From Clostridia bacterium (GTDB taxonomy: Bacteria; Bacillota; Clostridia; UMGS1840), in the NCBI GenBank assembly GCA_017468465.1, contig JAFUIN010000003.1, positions 21,794-85,793 of the forward strand: 64,000 nt of DNA. Direction: 5' to 3'. The number at the start of each line of letters is the position of its first letter. Within the stretch, counting starts at the first letter, position 1. Below, one piece after another: positions 29,791 through 39,058 of the stretch. Under the pieces are notes generated by a model. It saw only the letters and a program-made list of their open reading frames with translations, was not told the DNA's origin and ran no database searches. Both the position numbers and the translations under genes were made by a program.

Positions 29791-30708
29791 TTGCGGCATT
29801 TCTTAGCACTGAGTGCACTCTGCCTTTCTATTATAATAATGGTGATTCTCCCCGGTTCTTACGAATCCATCAGTGTAGCAAAAAATGATCCGAAATGGGT
29901 GGAAATGAATATTCCCTCCTCCATATTATATCAGGCAATTTCGATGGATATTCAGTCCAGAACCAAAGAAGAACGGATTGATTTTATTGAAATTTTGAGT
30001 TATGTTGCGGCAAAACACGGCGGAAACTTTCAAGCAGTAAAAGCCGCCGACTTAAAACAAGCGGTGGCCGTTCTCAAAGAAAGCCACCCTACTGATCTGA
30101 AGCTTTTTTCTTACTATCTCACTGCATACAATGCCATTATGGGCGGCTGGGTGGGCGAATATGAATCCACTGTCAAGCATCCGGACGGTCACGAAGAAAC
30201 CGTAATGAAATACGGGCTGAAAATTCGCCATCCCGTAAAGGGTGGATACTCCGACTCAGACGATTTCGGAAATAAAAGAAGCTATGGCTTCCAACGAAAA
30301 CATCAGGGACACGATTTTTTCACCTCGACAGGAGTTCCTGTTGCCGCTATGGAAGACGGCGTGGTAGAGGTGTTGGGTTGGAACCGTTATGGAGGTTGGA
30401 GAGTCGGTATCCGCAGCTTTGATGGCCTTCGATATTATTATTATGCGCATCTTATGAAAGATAACCCGTATGCAAAAGACTTACAGGAAGGGCAAACGGT
30501 AAAAGCCGGTCAAACCATCGGATATGTAGGTCAGACCGGCTACAGTTTCAAAGAGAATGTAAATAACATTCAGGTGCCGCACTTACACTTCGGCATCCAG
30601 CTGATTTTTAACGAGGCACAAAAAGACGGAAACAATCAAATCTGGATTGACTGCTACCAGATTGCAAAGCTGCTTCTTAATCCGCCTTCCCCCGTTACCT
30701 TAAAATAG
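29791..30708 (+). CDS. M23 (LytM-type) peptidoglycan metalloendopeptidase
   Basis: 305 aa with a TTG start preceded by GGAGGGG. It has an N-terminal hydrophobic anchor and the HQGHD (HxxxD) and PHLHFG (HxH) zinc motifs. Confidence 0.8.
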   Translation: MRHFLALSALCLSIIIMVILPGSYESISVAKNDPKWVEMNIPSSILYQAISMDIQSRTKEERIDFIEILSYVAAKHGGNFQAVKAADLKQAVAVLKESHPTDLKLFSYYLTAYNAIMGGWVGEYESTVKHPDGHEETVMKYGLKIRHPVKGGYSDSDDFGNKRSYGFQRKHQGHDFFTSTGVPVAAMEDGVVEVLGWNRYGGWRVGIRSFDGLRYYYYAHLMKDNPYAKDLQEGQTVKAGQTIGYVGQTGYSFKENVNNIQVPHLHFGIQLIFNEAQKDGNNQIWIDCYQIAKLLLNPPSPVTLK

Positions 30709-30712
30709 AAGA

Positions 30713-31363
30713 TTATTTTTGTTCAAAATACTGACTTCTTAAGGTTATGTTTTCCATAATCTGATATTGTGCATCTGCACCATAGCTTATCTGCATCATA
30801 AGAGGAATATCCAGCGAACGATACGTTAGCAAAGCAATATCACTGCGAATTGCCGGTTTTGCCGTCATAACCACTAAATCGGTTGTCAGTCCGAGCTCTG
30901 TTGCAACCGTCATAATTCCGTCAGGGTATCCTGCCAGAGTATCAGCTTTTGGCAAATAACCTAAAACGGCAATCAGCATTTTAATTGCTTCGGCATAGCT
31001 TACCTGGCTTTCCGGCAGAAAAGAACCATCAGGATATCCGTTGATGATTCCGTTTTGTTTTGCCAGCTGAATATAGCCGGCTGCCCAATGCTCTTTCGGA
31101 ACATCAGAAAACAAGGGCTTCGCTACCATAGCTTCTTTGGCAGCTTGTTCCAAGCCGGATAACCGGCAAATAATGGCTACCATTTCGGCACGGGTCACAG
31201 CTTTGCCAAGCATCAACTCTCCCGTTTCATCCCCCACCATAACAGAGAGCTTGTTGAGCTCTTCCGCTGCGAGCTGTTGCGGTGTCTTTTCGGCAAATGC
31301 CAACACAGAAAAAAACAAAGCGATGGATAACACAAGACATATTGTTTGTTTCAACTGTTTCAT
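30713..31363 (-). CDS. S-layer homology (SLH) domain protein
   Basis: I chose the start at the second ATG (MKQLKQTICLV..., preceded by AAAGGA). It has a signal peptide followed by SLH-type repeats (AVTRAEMVAIICRL; FSDVPKEHWAAGYI...GYPDGSFLPESQVSYAEAIKMLI). Confidence 0.75.
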   Translation of the reverse strand: MKQLKQTICLVLSIALFFSVLAFAEKTPQQLAAEELNKLSVMVGDETGELMLGKAVTRAEMVAIICRLSGLEQAAKEAMVAKPLFSDVPKEHWAAGYIQLAKQNGIINGYPDGSFLPESQVSYAEAIKMLIAVLGYLPKADTLAGYPDGIMTVATELGLTTDLVVMTAKPAIRSDIALLTYRSLDIPLMMQISYGADAQYQIMENITLRSQYFEQK

Positions 31364-31728
31364 AAAACACAGTCCTTTCATTTTGATATTAAAACGCCGG
31401 CACCCGATTTGCCGATGATAAAATCAGCGTTTTCCCTCCTCTCCCTCATATAAGTTGACAAATAAAAAGTGCGCAGCCACCCGAAAGAGTGAAGCCACGC
31501 ACCAAAAAACGCATAGCTCTGTCTCTTAAAGGTTGCTACACACTTTTCAAATCATAACACATTCCATTGCCTGAAGGTATGACGAAACAAGAGCATACGC
31601 TTTTTATAATATCAGCGTACCCTCAAGCAACTTGGTTTATGTCATTGTGTTTTCTATTTGAAAAGTTGTAGCAAACATATTGTAGCACAGTTTTTCTTAT
31701 TTGTCCACTTTTTTTGAAAAAACCTATG

Positions 31729-31764
31729 CACAAAACAAGAACGACAAGAATAAGCTTGTCGTTC
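31729..31764 (-). terminator. Intrinsic terminator after the small export protein gene
   Basis: 10-bp stem GAACGACAAG (31739-31748) / CTTGTCGTTC (31755-31764), followed on the minus strand by TTGTTTTGTG. Confidence 0.7.
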
Positions 31765-31781
31765 TTCTTCGATGTAAGGTC

Positions 31782-32279
31782 TTAAAATAATCCAATGACC
31801 CACTGTAAAAAGCCCATAGCTCCGGTGGTGATAAAGGTTGCCACCATAGTCCCGATGAAGATTGCAGGCAGTGCATATTTTTCACGCATATCCAAAAGTG
31901 CCGCAATCATCGAGCCGGTGATGGCACCGGTTCCGGGTACCGGAAGTGCCACAAAGAAAAACAATCCCCATGCAGAATATTTCTGCAGTTGTGCCGCCTT
32001 TTTATGAGTACGTTCCTCCAGCTTTTCGGCAAGCTTGCGAAAGATTTTTGTTCTTCGCAAAAAGCCAAGCAAGGGACGGAACAGATAAATAATGAAGGGG
32101 ACAGGAATCATATTGCCCAAAACACTCAAGGCATAAAGCTCCCAATAAGGCATGCCGCTATCCATAAAGAATAAAATGGAATAGCGTGCCTCTACCATGG
32201 GAATCATAGCAGAAAGCATAATTTTAAGCCATATAGGGATGGGTAAATTTACAAAAAATTTCTGTACGGCATCTACCAT
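31782..32279 (-). CDS. Small multidrug-export-family membrane protein (COG2426-like)
   Basis: 165-aa, 4-5 TM protein. It carries the IPMVEARYSI and GTGAITGS motifs typical of the Sm_multidrug_ex family. Confidence 0.65.
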   Translation of the reverse strand: MVDAVQKFFVNLPIPIWLKIMLSAMIPMVEARYSILFFMDSGMPYWELYALSVLGNMIPVPFIIYLFRPLLGFLRRTKIFRKLAEKLEERTHKKAAQLQKYSAWGLFFFVALPVPGTGAITGSMIAALLDMREKYALPAIFIGTMVATFITTGAMGFLQWVIGLF

Positions 32280-32333
32280 AATCTTTTCTCCGTTACACGT
32301 TCATTTTCTGTCTCAAAAGAAAGAAAATGTTTT

Positions 32334-34127
32334 TTAGTCTTCTTTTTCAGGCTTTACACAAACGATATTTAAGTCGGTCAACTGCTTTTCGTCAACCACA
32401 TCGGGAGCATTGGTCATCAGTTCGGAAGCGTTCTGTACTTTGGGGAATGCGATAACATCACGAATAGAATCGCAGCCTGCCATCAGCATACAAAGTCTGT
32501 CCAGACCGTATGCCATACCACCATGAGGCGGTGGACCAAAACGGAACGCATCAATCAGGAAGCCAAACCGTTCCTGTGCAGCTTCTTTCGTGAAGCCAAG
32601 CACACCAAACATTTTTTCCTGCAGCTTGGTGTCAAAAATACGGATACTTCCGCCACCGATTTCGTTACCGTTCAGTACAATATCATATGCTTTTGCACGA
32701 ACTTCGCCGGGAGCAGTTTCCAGCTTGTCCAAATCTTCATCCATGGGTGCGGTAAAGGGATGGTGTTTTGCAACATAACGGTTTTCTTCTTCATCAAACT
32801 CTAACAGCGGGAAGTTTACAACCCACAAGAAGGAGAAGGAATTTTCATCATAAAGATTAAATTTCTTCGCCAAATCGCAACGCAGGCTTCCCAAAACAGT
32901 ATACACAACGTCAGTTTTATCAGCCACAATCAAAACAATATCGCCAGCCTTGGCATTGGCTTTTTGAAGTACCTTTTGCATCTGCTCATCGGTCATAAAT
33001 TTAGCAATGGGAGATTTTACCCCTTCTTCATTTACCACAATGTAAGCCAGACCTTTTCCGCCATAGGTTTTCACCAATTCACCAAGTGCATCAATTTCCT
33101 TACGGGAGAGCTTTGCCCCCATTCCTTCCCCATTGATACATTTTACACTTCCGCCGTTTGTAAGAGCATTCTGGAATACAGAAAATTCTACATCTTTTAC
33201 TTCATCGGACAAGTCAATGAGCTCCAGACCAAAGCGATTATCCGGTTTATCGGAGCCGTAACGTTCCATGGCTTCCTTATAATCCATTCTCATAAACGGA
33301 GTCTGGATATCCATATCAAGCACTTCTTTGAACACCCGTTTTAAGAAGCCTTCATTCATGGCAATGACATCGTCCATTTCCACAAAGGACATTTCCAAGT
33401 CAATCTGGGTGAATTCAGGCTGACGGTCTGCTCTTAAATCTTCATCACGGAAGCATCTTGCAATCTGAATGTAGCGGTCAAAGCCGGAAAGCATCAAAAG
33501 CTGCTTATAAAGCTGAGGAGACTGGGGCAATGCGTAAAATTTTTCCGGATGCACACGGCTGGGAACCAAATAATCTCTCGCACCTTCGGGAGTAGACTTG
33601 GTAAGATAGGGTGTTTCAATTTCCAAAAAGCCGTTTTCGTCATAATAGTCTCTTGCAATTTTTGCAATTTTGTGACGCATAATGATGTTCTTCTGCATTT
33701 CGGGACGACGCAAATCCAGATAACGGTATTTCAGCTTAATCTGGTCGTTCGCTTCCACATCCGATGCAATCACAAAGGGAGTGGGCTCGGATACAGAAAG
33801 CACCCGAAGTTCTTCTGCCACAATTTCAATTTCACCGGTTTTGATGTTTTTATTGAATGCACCGCTTCTTTGACGAACGGTTCCCTTTACTGCAATAACA
33901 TATTCATTGTGCACACCTTTTGCTTTGTTCAAAAGCTCTACGTTAATGGTTTCGTCAAACACAATCTGCACAAGACCTGTTCTGTCACGAAGGTCAATAA
34001 ACACCAAAGAACCAATATCTCTTTGCTTGTTTACCCAACCGGCAACCGAAACGGTTTGTCCGATGGAGGAAGCATCAAAATCATTTGCATAATTGGTTCG
34101 TTTGAACCCTTTCAAATTTTCTGCCAT
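32334..34127 (-). CDS. aspS: Aspartate--tRNA ligase
   Basis: 597 aa with an N-terminal OB fold, class II motifs (FRDEDLRADRQPEFTQ; GGMAYGLDR) and a GAD insertion. Confidence 0.95.
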   Translation of the reverse strand: MAENLKGFKRTNYANDFDASSIGQTVSVAGWVNKQRDIGSLVFIDLRDRTGLVQIVFDETINVELLNKAKGVHNEYVIAVKGTVRQRSGAFNKNIKTGEIEIVAEELRVLSVSEPTPFVIASDVEANDQIKLKYRYLDLRRPEMQKNIIMRHKIAKIARDYYDENGFLEIETPYLTKSTPEGARDYLVPSRVHPEKFYALPQSPQLYKQLLMLSGFDRYIQIARCFRDEDLRADRQPEFTQIDLEMSFVEMDDVIAMNEGFLKRVFKEVLDMDIQTPFMRMDYKEAMERYGSDKPDNRFGLELIDLSDEVKDVEFSVFQNALTNGGSVKCINGEGMGAKLSRKEIDALGELVKTYGGKGLAYIVVNEEGVKSPIAKFMTDEQMQKVLQKANAKAGDIVLIVADKTDVVYTVLGSLRCDLAKKFNLYDENSFSFLWVVNFPLLEFDEEENRYVAKHHPFTAPMDEDLDKLETAPGEVRAKAYDIVLNGNEIGGGSIRIFDTKLQEKMFGVLGFTKEAAQERFGFLIDAFRFGPPPHGGMAYGLDRLCMLMAGCDSIRDVIAFPKVQNASELMTNAPDVVDEKQLTDLNIVCVKPEKED

Positions 34128-34159
34128 ATTGTTTCATTCCTTTCCGGCATCTGCTCCGA

Positions 34160-35410
34160 TTATCCGAGCAGAGCTTGTGTGATAGTTTCCGGAGACACCA
34201 GCGTGGTTTCTCCCGTTTTCATATTCTTTAGGGGATACTGATTATTTGCAATTTCATCGTCACCGACCACTACGGTGTATTCTGCACCGATTTTGTCGGC
34301 ATATTTCATCTGTGCTTTTACCGAACGGCTATTTAGGTCAAATTCTGCCGAAATTCCCTGTTCACGAAGGGCATAAACCAGCTTCAGCACAGCTTTTTTC
34401 GCCTGGTCTCCAATGGAAATAAAAAACGCCTTCGGCACAGCATCTTCTGCGGGCAGAGAATCTCCGGCTAACAGAAGCAACCGTTCCAGACCCATTGCAA
34501 AACCGATGCCCGGTGCATCATTTCCGCCTAAATCGGCAATGAGCCCGTCATATCTTCCGCCACCCAGCACCGTTCCCTGTGCACCGATATTTTGGGACAC
34601 AAATTCAAACACGGTTTTGGAGTAATAGTCCAGACCTCTTACAATGCCTTTGTCAATTTGATAAGCAACACCAACATTGTCCAAAACATCGGTGACCTGT
34701 GCAAAGTGATTCTTACAATCATCGCAAACGCTGTCAAAAATGGTGGGGGCATCTTTCAAAAGATCCTGGCAAATTTCCGACTTACAGTCAAAAATTCGCA
34801 TAGGATTTTTTAAGAGACGTTCCTGACAGGTTTCGCATAAAGAATCTTTTTTGTCTTCCAGATATGCTTTCAAAGAATCATTATATGCCTTACGGCATTC
34901 TTTACAGCCAATATTATTCAAATTCAGAGTAATGTTTTCAATATTTAAGCGTTTGAAAATTTCGTTCCCGAACAAAATAGCCTCTGCATCTGCCAAGGGA
35001 GAGGTGGTTCCCAGCATTTCAATGCCAAACTGATGAAATTCACGAAGTCTGCCTGCCTGAGGCTTTTCATAACGGAAACAGGAAATGAGATAATAAAGTT
35101 TCAAGGGAAGAACCCCTGCATACAGCCCATGCTCCACAAAGCTTCTGGCAATCCCCGCTGTTCCCTCGGGGCGCAAGGTGACACTTCTGCCACCCTTATC
35201 CAAAAAGGTATACATTTCTTTGGTTACCACGTCGGTAGTGTCCCCTACACCACGGGCGAATACCTCGGTGGATTCAAAGGTGGGTGTTCTTAATTCTTTG
35301 AAATTAAAATCCAAAGCAATCTGTTTCAGTACAGATTCTACATATTGCCACTGATAGCTTTCCTGAGGCAATATATCTTTGGTTCCTTTCGGAGCACTTA
35401 ATTTTGCCAT
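34160..35410 (-). CDS. hisS: Histidine--tRNA ligase
   Basis: I chose the start at the ATG at 35410 (MAKLSAPKGTKDILP). The track start at 35440 is a GTG only 1 nt from the lon stop. Class II motifs are present (RYEKPQAGRLREFHQ). Confidence 0.93.
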   Translation of the reverse strand: MAKLSAPKGTKDILPQESYQWQYVESVLKQIALDFNFKELRTPTFESTEVFARGVGDTTDVVTKEMYTFLDKGGRSVTLRPEGTAGIARSFVEHGLYAGVLPLKLYYLISCFRYEKPQAGRLREFHQFGIEMLGTTSPLADAEAILFGNEIFKRLNIENITLNLNNIGCKECRKAYNDSLKAYLEDKKDSLCETCQERLLKNPMRIFDCKSEICQDLLKDAPTIFDSVCDDCKNHFAQVTDVLDNVGVAYQIDKGIVRGLDYYSKTVFEFVSQNIGAQGTVLGGGRYDGLIADLGGNDAPGIGFAMGLERLLLLAGDSLPAEDAVPKAFFISIGDQAKKAVLKLVYALREQGISAEFDLNSRSVKAQMKYADKIGAEYTVVVGDDEIANNQYPLKNMKTGETTLVSPETITQALLG

Positions 35411-35443
35411 ATATTCTAAATCCTTTCTTTCGTTTTTCACACG

Positions 35444-37804
35444 TTACGCTTCCGGCGGAAGCAATGCAATTTTCAGCACTTCATCAAAGTGGCTCACCGG
35501 CATAAAGTTGAAATCAGCAATGATTTCTCTTGGAATCTCTTCCAAATCCTTCTCATTCTCTTTGGGGATGATGATGTTAAACACTCCCGACCGGTGTGCC
35601 GAAATAGCCTTTTCTTTTAATCCGCCAATGGGAAGCACATTCCCGCGAATTGAAATTTCTCCTGTCATTGCCACATCGTTTCGGATTTTCCTGCCGGTCA
35701 ATGCGGAGGCAACTGCCAATGCAATGGTAATCCCGGCAGAGGGACCGTCCTTGGGTGTTGCACCATCGGGGAAATGAATGTGAATATCTTTGGTTTTGTA
35801 AAAATCTTTTTCCAACCCCAGCAAATCAGAAATGGAACGAATGTGTGCCAAAGCAATCCGCGCAGATTCCTTCATTACGTCGCCCAGGCTTCCGGTGGTT
35901 TCAATTTTTCCACTGCCCGAAACAGCAACCGCTTCGCAAAAGAGCGTGTCACCGCCGGCTTGTGTCCAGGCAAGGCCCATCGCTGCCCCAACTTCGGGAT
36001 GTGCATTTTTGGGGTCTACGGTGTATTTTTTCTTGCCCAGATAGGTTTCTAAATTTGCTTCAGTTACCGTAAGGGTTTTCTTGTTTTCCAAAAGCATGGC
36101 TTTTTCGGCTTTTCGAATTAAGTTCACAATGGTTCGTTCTAAATTACGAACCCCTGCTTCTCTCACATAGTAGTCAATCATGCCGTAAATAGCACTGTCT
36201 TTTAGCAAAATCTGCTTTTTGGTGATGGCATGCTCCCGATACTGTTTTTTCACAAGATAGTCGGTTGCAATCCGATATTTTTCATAGCGGGTGTAGCCGG
36301 AAAGCTCAATGACTTCCATTCGGTCCAAAAGCGGACGGGGGATGGTGTCCAAGCTGTTTGCCGTGGTGATAAAAAGCACCTCCGACAAATCAAAGGGCAA
36401 ATCAATGTAATGGTCGGTAAAGGTGTTGTTTTGCTCTTTATCCAGAGTTTCCAGCAATGCACTGGCAGGGTCGCCGCGCATATCTTTGCCCAGTTTATCA
36501 ATTTCATCTAACAATATCAGCGGATTTTTCACACCGGCAGTACGGATGGCAGACATAATTTTGCCGGGCATCGCGCCTACATAGGTTCTTCTATGTCCAC
36601 GAATTTCCGCTTCATCGTGAACACCACCCAAAGACATTCTTTGGTATTTTCTGCCAATGGCATCTGCAATGGATTTTACAATAGAGGTTTTTCCAACCCC
36701 CGGAGGACCAACCAGACACAAAATCTGTGACTTGATTTCGGGATTAAACTTTTTGGCAGAAAGATATTCCACCAGCTTTTCTTTTACCTTTTCCAGCCCG
36801 TAATGGTCACGGTCCAGCTTTGCCATACATTTTTTAATGTCAATTTTTTCTTTGGTGGTTTTATTCCAGGGCAAATCAAACACGGTATCCAAATAATTGC
36901 GTTCCACCATGGTTTCCTGAGAATGCGGGTGCATTTTAGAAAAGCGGTTGATTTGTTTTTTCAGTTTTTCGTATGATTCCAACGGTAAAATTGCTTTTAA
37001 GGCTTCCAGCTTTTCAAAATATTCATCCGCTTCGGAATGAACATCTTCCTCTTCTCCAAGCTCCTCGTGAATGGCACGGATTTGCTCTCTCAAATAATAT
37101 TCACGCTGGTTTTTGTCAATCTGGCTTTTCACCTTTGCCTGGATATCCATTTCCAGCTGCAAAAGCTCGATTTCCGCTGTCAAAATTTTAATGAGCTCAC
37201 TGACCCGTTTTTTCGGGTCTAAGATTTCCAGAAGATATTGCTTTTCATCGTTATCAATAAACAGGCTTCCGCAAATAATATCGGTGAGCTTTTCAATATC
37301 ATTGGTAGACAAAATGCCACCCATAACATCCGGTGAAATTCTGCCAATCAACCGAAAATATTCTGCATAGCAATCTTTCAGGGAACGAAGCTGTGCTTCC
37401 ATCTGCTTGGATTTTCGGACCGGACGCTGTCTGGGACAGCGCTTTACCTGTGCAAACAGCATTCCCTCTTTTTCATAAACTGCAAGGTTTTCGCCACGAA
37501 TACGGGCATCCACCAATACTCTGACACAACGATTGGGAAGCTTCAACAGCTGTTTTACAGTGGCAACGGTACCAACCCGGCAAAAATCCCCATCTTTAGG
37601 ATGCTCTATGGACGGGTCAACCTGTGCCAGCAAAAACACCGGCACATTATGCTTCATGGCATACTCAATGGCTGCAACAGACATTTTTCGCTGGGCATCC
37701 AGATGCATCACCGTGTAAGGAAAAACAGTCACTCCCCGAAGGGGCAACACCACTATTTCTTCGGTGATGATTTCTTCAATCAATTTATCGGTCTCTTTTC
37801 TCAT
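35444..37804 (-). CDS. lon: ATP-dependent protease LonA
   Basis: I moved the start to the ATG at 37804 (MRKETDKLIEE..., preceded by AAGGAG). It has a LON N-domain, Walker A GPPGVGKTS and a protease-domain PKDGPSAG serine. Confidence 0.93.
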   Translation of the reverse strand: MRKETDKLIEEIITEEIVVLPLRGVTVFPYTVMHLDAQRKMSVAAIEYAMKHNVPVFLLAQVDPSIEHPKDGDFCRVGTVATVKQLLKLPNRCVRVLVDARIRGENLAVYEKEGMLFAQVKRCPRQRPVRKSKQMEAQLRSLKDCYAEYFRLIGRISPDVMGGILSTNDIEKLTDIICGSLFIDNDEKQYLLEILDPKKRVSELIKILTAEIELLQLEMDIQAKVKSQIDKNQREYYLREQIRAIHEELGEEEDVHSEADEYFEKLEALKAILPLESYEKLKKQINRFSKMHPHSQETMVERNYLDTVFDLPWNKTTKEKIDIKKCMAKLDRDHYGLEKVKEKLVEYLSAKKFNPEIKSQILCLVGPPGVGKTSIVKSIADAIGRKYQRMSLGGVHDEAEIRGHRRTYVGAMPGKIMSAIRTAGVKNPLILLDEIDKLGKDMRGDPASALLETLDKEQNNTFTDHYIDLPFDLSEVLFITTANSLDTIPRPLLDRMEVIELSGYTRYEKYRIATDYLVKKQYREHAITKKQILLKDSAIYGMIDYYVREAGVRNLERTIVNLIRKAEKAMLLENKKTLTVTEANLETYLGKKKYTVDPKNAHPEVGAAMGLAWTQAGGDTLFCEAVAVSGSGKIETTGSLGDVMKESARIALAHIRSISDLLGLEKDFYKTKDIHIHFPDGATPKDGPSAGITIALAVASALTGRKIRNDVAMTGEISIRGNVLPIGGLKEKAISAHRSGVFNIIIPKENEKDLEEIPREIIADFNFMPVSHFDEVLKIALLPPEA

Positions 37805-37876
37805 AAATTTATAACTCCTTGCAAGGGTTTTTTCCACGGAATTCCCCTCAACTCTTATATCAAAATGCCTTGCGGC

Positions 37877-37905
37877 ACATATTTCAATTTGGACACACAT
37901 ATACA
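37877..37905 (+). promoter_or_regulatory. Sigma-E-like promoter candidate for spoIID
   Basis: ACATATT (37877-37883), 14 nt, then CATATACA (37898-37905). The architecture matches the candidate at 7615-7643. It lies ~120 nt upstream of the spoIID ATG. Confidence 0.35.
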
Positions 37906-37914
37906 TTAAATAAT

Positions 37915-37943
37915 ATTATACAATACTTTCTTAAAAATTGCAA
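37915..37943 (-). promoter_or_regulatory. Sigma-A-type promoter candidate for lon
   Basis: Minus strand: TTGCAA (37938-37943), 17 nt, then TATAAT (37915-37920). Confidence 0.6.
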
Positions 37944-38024
37944 GCAAAATTTTAAGGTTTTACAAAACACTGCCCATTCTGTTTCCCGAAAATCAGGAAT
38001 CTGTCAAAAAAGGAGAATCTGAAT

Positions 38025-38993
38025 ATGAAAAAGCCATTGTTGTTCCCTGTTTTCATCTTTTTTGCCGCATACCTTTCCATGGCGTTTGCCACAGTCTGTT
38101 TCGGTTTTTTCGGCACAAGCTATCCGGAACCCGAAGGTTTGAACACAAATAACAGCAACCACCAGATTACACTGTTACATGACGGAAGTGTTAAAACATT
38201 ACCGCTGGAAGACTATCTCTATGGGGTGGTTGCTGCAGAAATGCCAGCCACCTTTGAAAGCGAAGCCTTGAAAGCACAGGCAGTTGCCGCAAGAACCTAT
38301 GCGGTCAACCGCTGCCGTTTCCCAAATAAAGACCATCCCGATGCCAATTTATGTTCCGATTCTGCACACTGTAAAGCCTATCTTCCCCCTTCCGAGCTGG
38401 AAGAAAAATTTCAACAGCAACCCGAGCTACTCCAAAAAATCAAACTTTCGGTGGACAACACCAATGGGCAGATTGCTGTCTACCAGGGAGAGCCAATCTC
38501 GGCGGTGTTTCACTCCACCTCAAGCGGCATGACCGAAAATGCAAAGGATGTATGGGGCGGTGATTTGCCTTACCTGGTATCGGTAGTATCCGAAGGAGAA
38601 GAAGCCTCTCCACGCTACACAGAAACAAAAGTATTTTCCAAAGAAGAATTTATCAAAAAAATCAACGCAGGAGAAACAAAGGTGTCTTTTTCCAATACGC
38701 CTGAAAGCTGGTTTTCGAATTGGGAAAAGAACAATTCCGGCAGTATAAAATCAGTCAATCTGTGCGGTGTAACATTCAAGGGAACAGAACTTCGTACTCT
38801 TCTAGGACTGCGTTCCACCCATTTTGAAATTACAGCTGCAGATAACATTTCCATTACCACCAAAGGAAACGGACACGGTGTGGGGATGAGTCAGTACGGC
38901 GCCAATGATATGGCAAAAAAAGGATATTCCTACGAACAAATCCTGAAAAAATATTACACCGGAATCACGCTTTCCCATCTGGATGATGTATAA
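38025..38993 (+). CDS. spoIID: Stage II sporulation protein D (lytic transglycosylase)
   Basis: 322 aa with an N-terminal anchor and the SpoIID/LytB motifs ALKAQAVAARTYAV and GHGVGMSQYGA. Confidence 0.85.
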   Translation: MKKPLLFPVFIFFAAYLSMAFATVCFGFFGTSYPEPEGLNTNNSNHQITLLHDGSVKTLPLEDYLYGVVAAEMPATFESEALKAQAVAARTYAVNRCRFPNKDHPDANLCSDSAHCKAYLPPSELEEKFQQQPELLQKIKLSVDNTNGQIAVYQGEPISAVFHSTSSGMTENAKDVWGGDLPYLVSVVSEGEEASPRYTETKVFSKEEFIKKINAGETKVSFSNTPESWFSNWEKNNSGSIKSVNLCGVTFKGTELRTLLGLRSTHFEITAADNISITTKGNGHGVGMSQYGANDMAKKGYSYEQILKKYYTGITLSHLDDV

Positions 38994-39058
38994 GATTTTC
39001 GCAAAATGGTCACACTTTCTGTAGAAGAAAATTTTCTTTTTGAGAAAGGAACCCTTTT

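Noticed and set aside
29803-29820. TTAGCACTGAGTGCAC, which resembles the two half-sites of the HrcA CIRCE element (TTAGCACTC-N9-GAGTGCTAA).
   Set aside because: The 9-nt spacer is missing and the second arm is incomplete. The sequence lies inside the coding start (signal or anchor region) of the M23 peptidase, not in a promoter.
33549-34241. 230-aa plus-strand ORF, and similar long antisense ORFs at 41883-42542, 59241-59924, 57791-58306 and 2917-3339.
   Set aside because: Each lies entirely antisense to a confidently identified gene (aspS, the nucleotidyltransferase-fold gene, the aminotransferase, the GT4 gene, purD). They have low-complexity Phe/Cys/His-rich composition and lack an RBS. 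These are shadow ORFs typical of AT-rich coding DNA.
35411-35443. I expected a T-box leader upstream of hisS.
   Set aside because: Only 33 nt separate lon and hisS, so no specifier or terminator structure can fit.
38994-39058. A forespore (sigma-F type) promoter upstream of the SpoIIQ-like gene.
   Set aside because: Only a weak GTAGA string is present, with no acceptable -10 element, so I do not report a promoter there.
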